Position numbers and translations under genes: made by a program. 64,000 nt of DNA, taken from Folioceros fuciformis (Eukaryota). The number at the start of each line of letters is the position of its first letter. The first letter of the stretch is position 1. Of the stretch, positions 62,001 through 64,000 are shown one piece after another. The notes beneath the pieces were generated by a model that saw only the letters and a list, made by a program, of their open reading frames with translations, did not search any database and was not told where the DNA came from. The stretch spans positions 779,144 through 843,143 of the forward strand of contig JBNGIO010006317.1 of the NCBI GenBank assembly GCA_049999805.1. Direction: 5' to 3'.

Positions 62001-62362
62001 CTATGGAAGGTGGGTGCTAAGTTGTTCCAGCAGTTGTGGCAGTTTCTGATTGAAAGTCTCTTGCAGTCCCGTGTAATGATTTCTCGCTTTTTTTTAATTA
62101 AGGTACCTGCACTGGAGAGCATGGAGTTGGAATGGGCAAGACGAAGGTAATCACGATTCAACTCGGTTGATGCCCCAGCCAGCTCTTTGGTTTCTTCTGA
62201 ATGAAGGGTGGAAACTGATTCTGTGTACTCCTGAGCGTGCAGTATTTGGTGGAGGAGCTTGGTGAAGAGGCTTTAAATGCTATGGGAAACATAAAGCATG
62301 CACTGGACCCTGACAGTCTTATGAATCCTGGCAAGGTGGTGCCACCGCAATTTTGTTACTAG
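59053..62362 (+). CDS. Mitochondrial D-lactate dehydrogenase (FAD-linked oxidase), about 18 exons
   Basis: [108 protein letters not shown]. Confidence 0.94.
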
Positions 62363-63310
62363 TTGATTTGTTTATTTCAAGCACGAACGTTCTTGTACTC
62401 GGTATAGGGGTACCGCAAAGCTGAAAGTTCTCGAATAGGTACGGAAACTGAGCAGCTGCACGCTTCAGTCTCCCGCTTTGCCCGTTTAGCGTATATTCGG
62501 TCTGCAGTTCTTATAGTTTGCATGCACTGTACTCCTCTGTTCCAGAGAGGAGACTATCTAAATATGTAAATATGTAGATCACAGTCTGGACTGTATGAAA
62601 TATTGATACGGATACCATCATATATTATACGATCCCGTTTTTTCAAGCCAAGGCTGTGCAGGTAGTGGGCGGCTTCGGGGCGTCCCGATCCGGCCAAGAC
62701 AAGTTTTTTTTTCTCCCACCCACCGGAACACATCAATGCTTCCTCCTTAAGGGTTTCAGTGTTCCATACCCTGAAGGGGAACCCAACTAAAGGCAGCATG
62801 CTCCCAGCTGAAGATAGCATGCTCTCTGTCTCCTCCGTCACCCGAACCCAAGTCATTCTGTATTCAGCGGCAAATCGCCAGCCATGGCTCGTGGCATGTG
62901 GGTAGCCATTAGAATGTGAATATAATTGTCAATGCAAGCAACTGCATGCCCTTCTAACAAACATAGGAGGTAAAATAGTAAACCCTCATAGAAGGGCAGT
63001 TGCCCTTTTAGCAAACATAAGAGGTCAACTAATGAACCCTAACAGTGCATTATGGTGTGGGTTGCAGACCAGCACAAAGGTTCAGCGCTATTGAGGTTGA
63101 TGACAAGAATTGAAAGGGAGGAGGTTGAGTGTGGGCAGAGTGAACGAGTGGTTTGGCATACTCAGTACACTTGCAGCAACCTGTGGAATCACGATGCGCA
63201 TGAGATAATACATTCATTGCAATGGTGGAAGGCAAGCACGTTGTGTGCCTACTTGTCCATGGTGCAAAACCCTAAAATCCTTAGACATGGGTGAGCCATT
63301 GCAGACGAAG

Positions 63311-63620
63311 TCTGGAACAAGTGCGGACCAGTCTGGAACAAGTGCGGACCAATCCTTGTTCCTTCGCTGAGCAAGTGTAGACCAATACATGTTCCTCACC
63401 GAGCAAGTGCAAACCAATAGCTGAGCTGAGCAAGTGTAGACCAATACATGTTCCTCCGCCGAGCAAGTGCAAACCAATAGCTAAGCTGAGCAAGTGCAAA
63501 CGAATACTTGGTCCTGTAATGAGCAAGGCGAGGAAGGGGAATCCATAAACCAATACTCGTTCCTCCACTAAGCAAGCAAATGAATACTTGGTCCTCTAAT
63601 GAGCAAGGGGAATTCATAAA
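63311..63620. repeat. Degenerate short tandem repeats (GAGCAAGTG core), probably TE-derived
   Basis: GTCTGGAACAAGTGCGGACCA x2, followed by ~59-bp units GAGCAAGTGTAGACCAATACATGTTCCTC..GAGCAAGTGCAAACCAATAGCT. Confidence 0.75.
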
Positions 63621-64000
63621 CCCATATGCATACGCTGAAAGATTGGCGATCAGTTCGTCCATTGAGCATGGAAGAATGGTGGTCAAATCGGTCGCTGAAT
63701 GACGGTCGATTTGAAGGGGCAGAAAAAGCATAGGAAGAGGCTTCTGCATGTCGAAACATTGTCAATGGCCCAGAAAGAAAGAAGGTGTCAAAAGAAGATT
63801 CTTTTAGTTTCTTGATTGGTCCATTGAAGTAGAAAAGAAAAAACATTTTATCGTATGGCAACTAGGGATGCGACGTGAAGCCCTAAATTTTGTATGTACA
63901 TAAGATTCTGAGAAATATTCTGAGGACATATGTCAAAAATATAAAGATCACTTTGGGTGCAACGGATACGTGCGGGCTATCGGACACGATGGAAGGATAT

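Noticed and set aside
42744-62362. Possible aldehyde-detoxification cluster (Zn dehydrogenase plus D-LDH)
   Set aside because: 15 kb apart and separated by TEs and unrelated housekeeping genes; no evidence of a functional cluster.

Overview
Gene-dense eukaryotic nuclear DNA with very short spliceosomal introns. It most likely comes from a seed-free land plant, probably a hornwort; this is inferred from GRP-ending DYW:KP PPR proteins, LL-type PPR repeats and the compact gene layout. The left 20 kb holds three PLS-class PPR RNA-editing genes. Two are paralogous and end in the variant HAE/CSDC/GRP deaminase linked to U-to-C editing; the third is E+ type with no catalytic domain. All three carry an N-terminal module resembling the PDF ssDNA-binding motif of plant OSB/pTAC9 proteins, which is the most unusual signal in the window. 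Other genes: GH79 heparanase-like, actin, THEP1-like NTPase, SDHAF4, a HAD phosphatase, an ASCC3/DExH14 helicase of about 40 exons with five GC-AG introns, an intronless GC-rich microbial-type Zn dehydrogenase, LSM6, an SRC2-like C2 protein and D-lactate dehydrogenase. Decayed transposons: PIF/Harbinger, a SWIM-type MULE, pogo/Tigger and an RNase H-bearing Tad1-like LINE. Exon boundaries were read by eye and no database searches were run.
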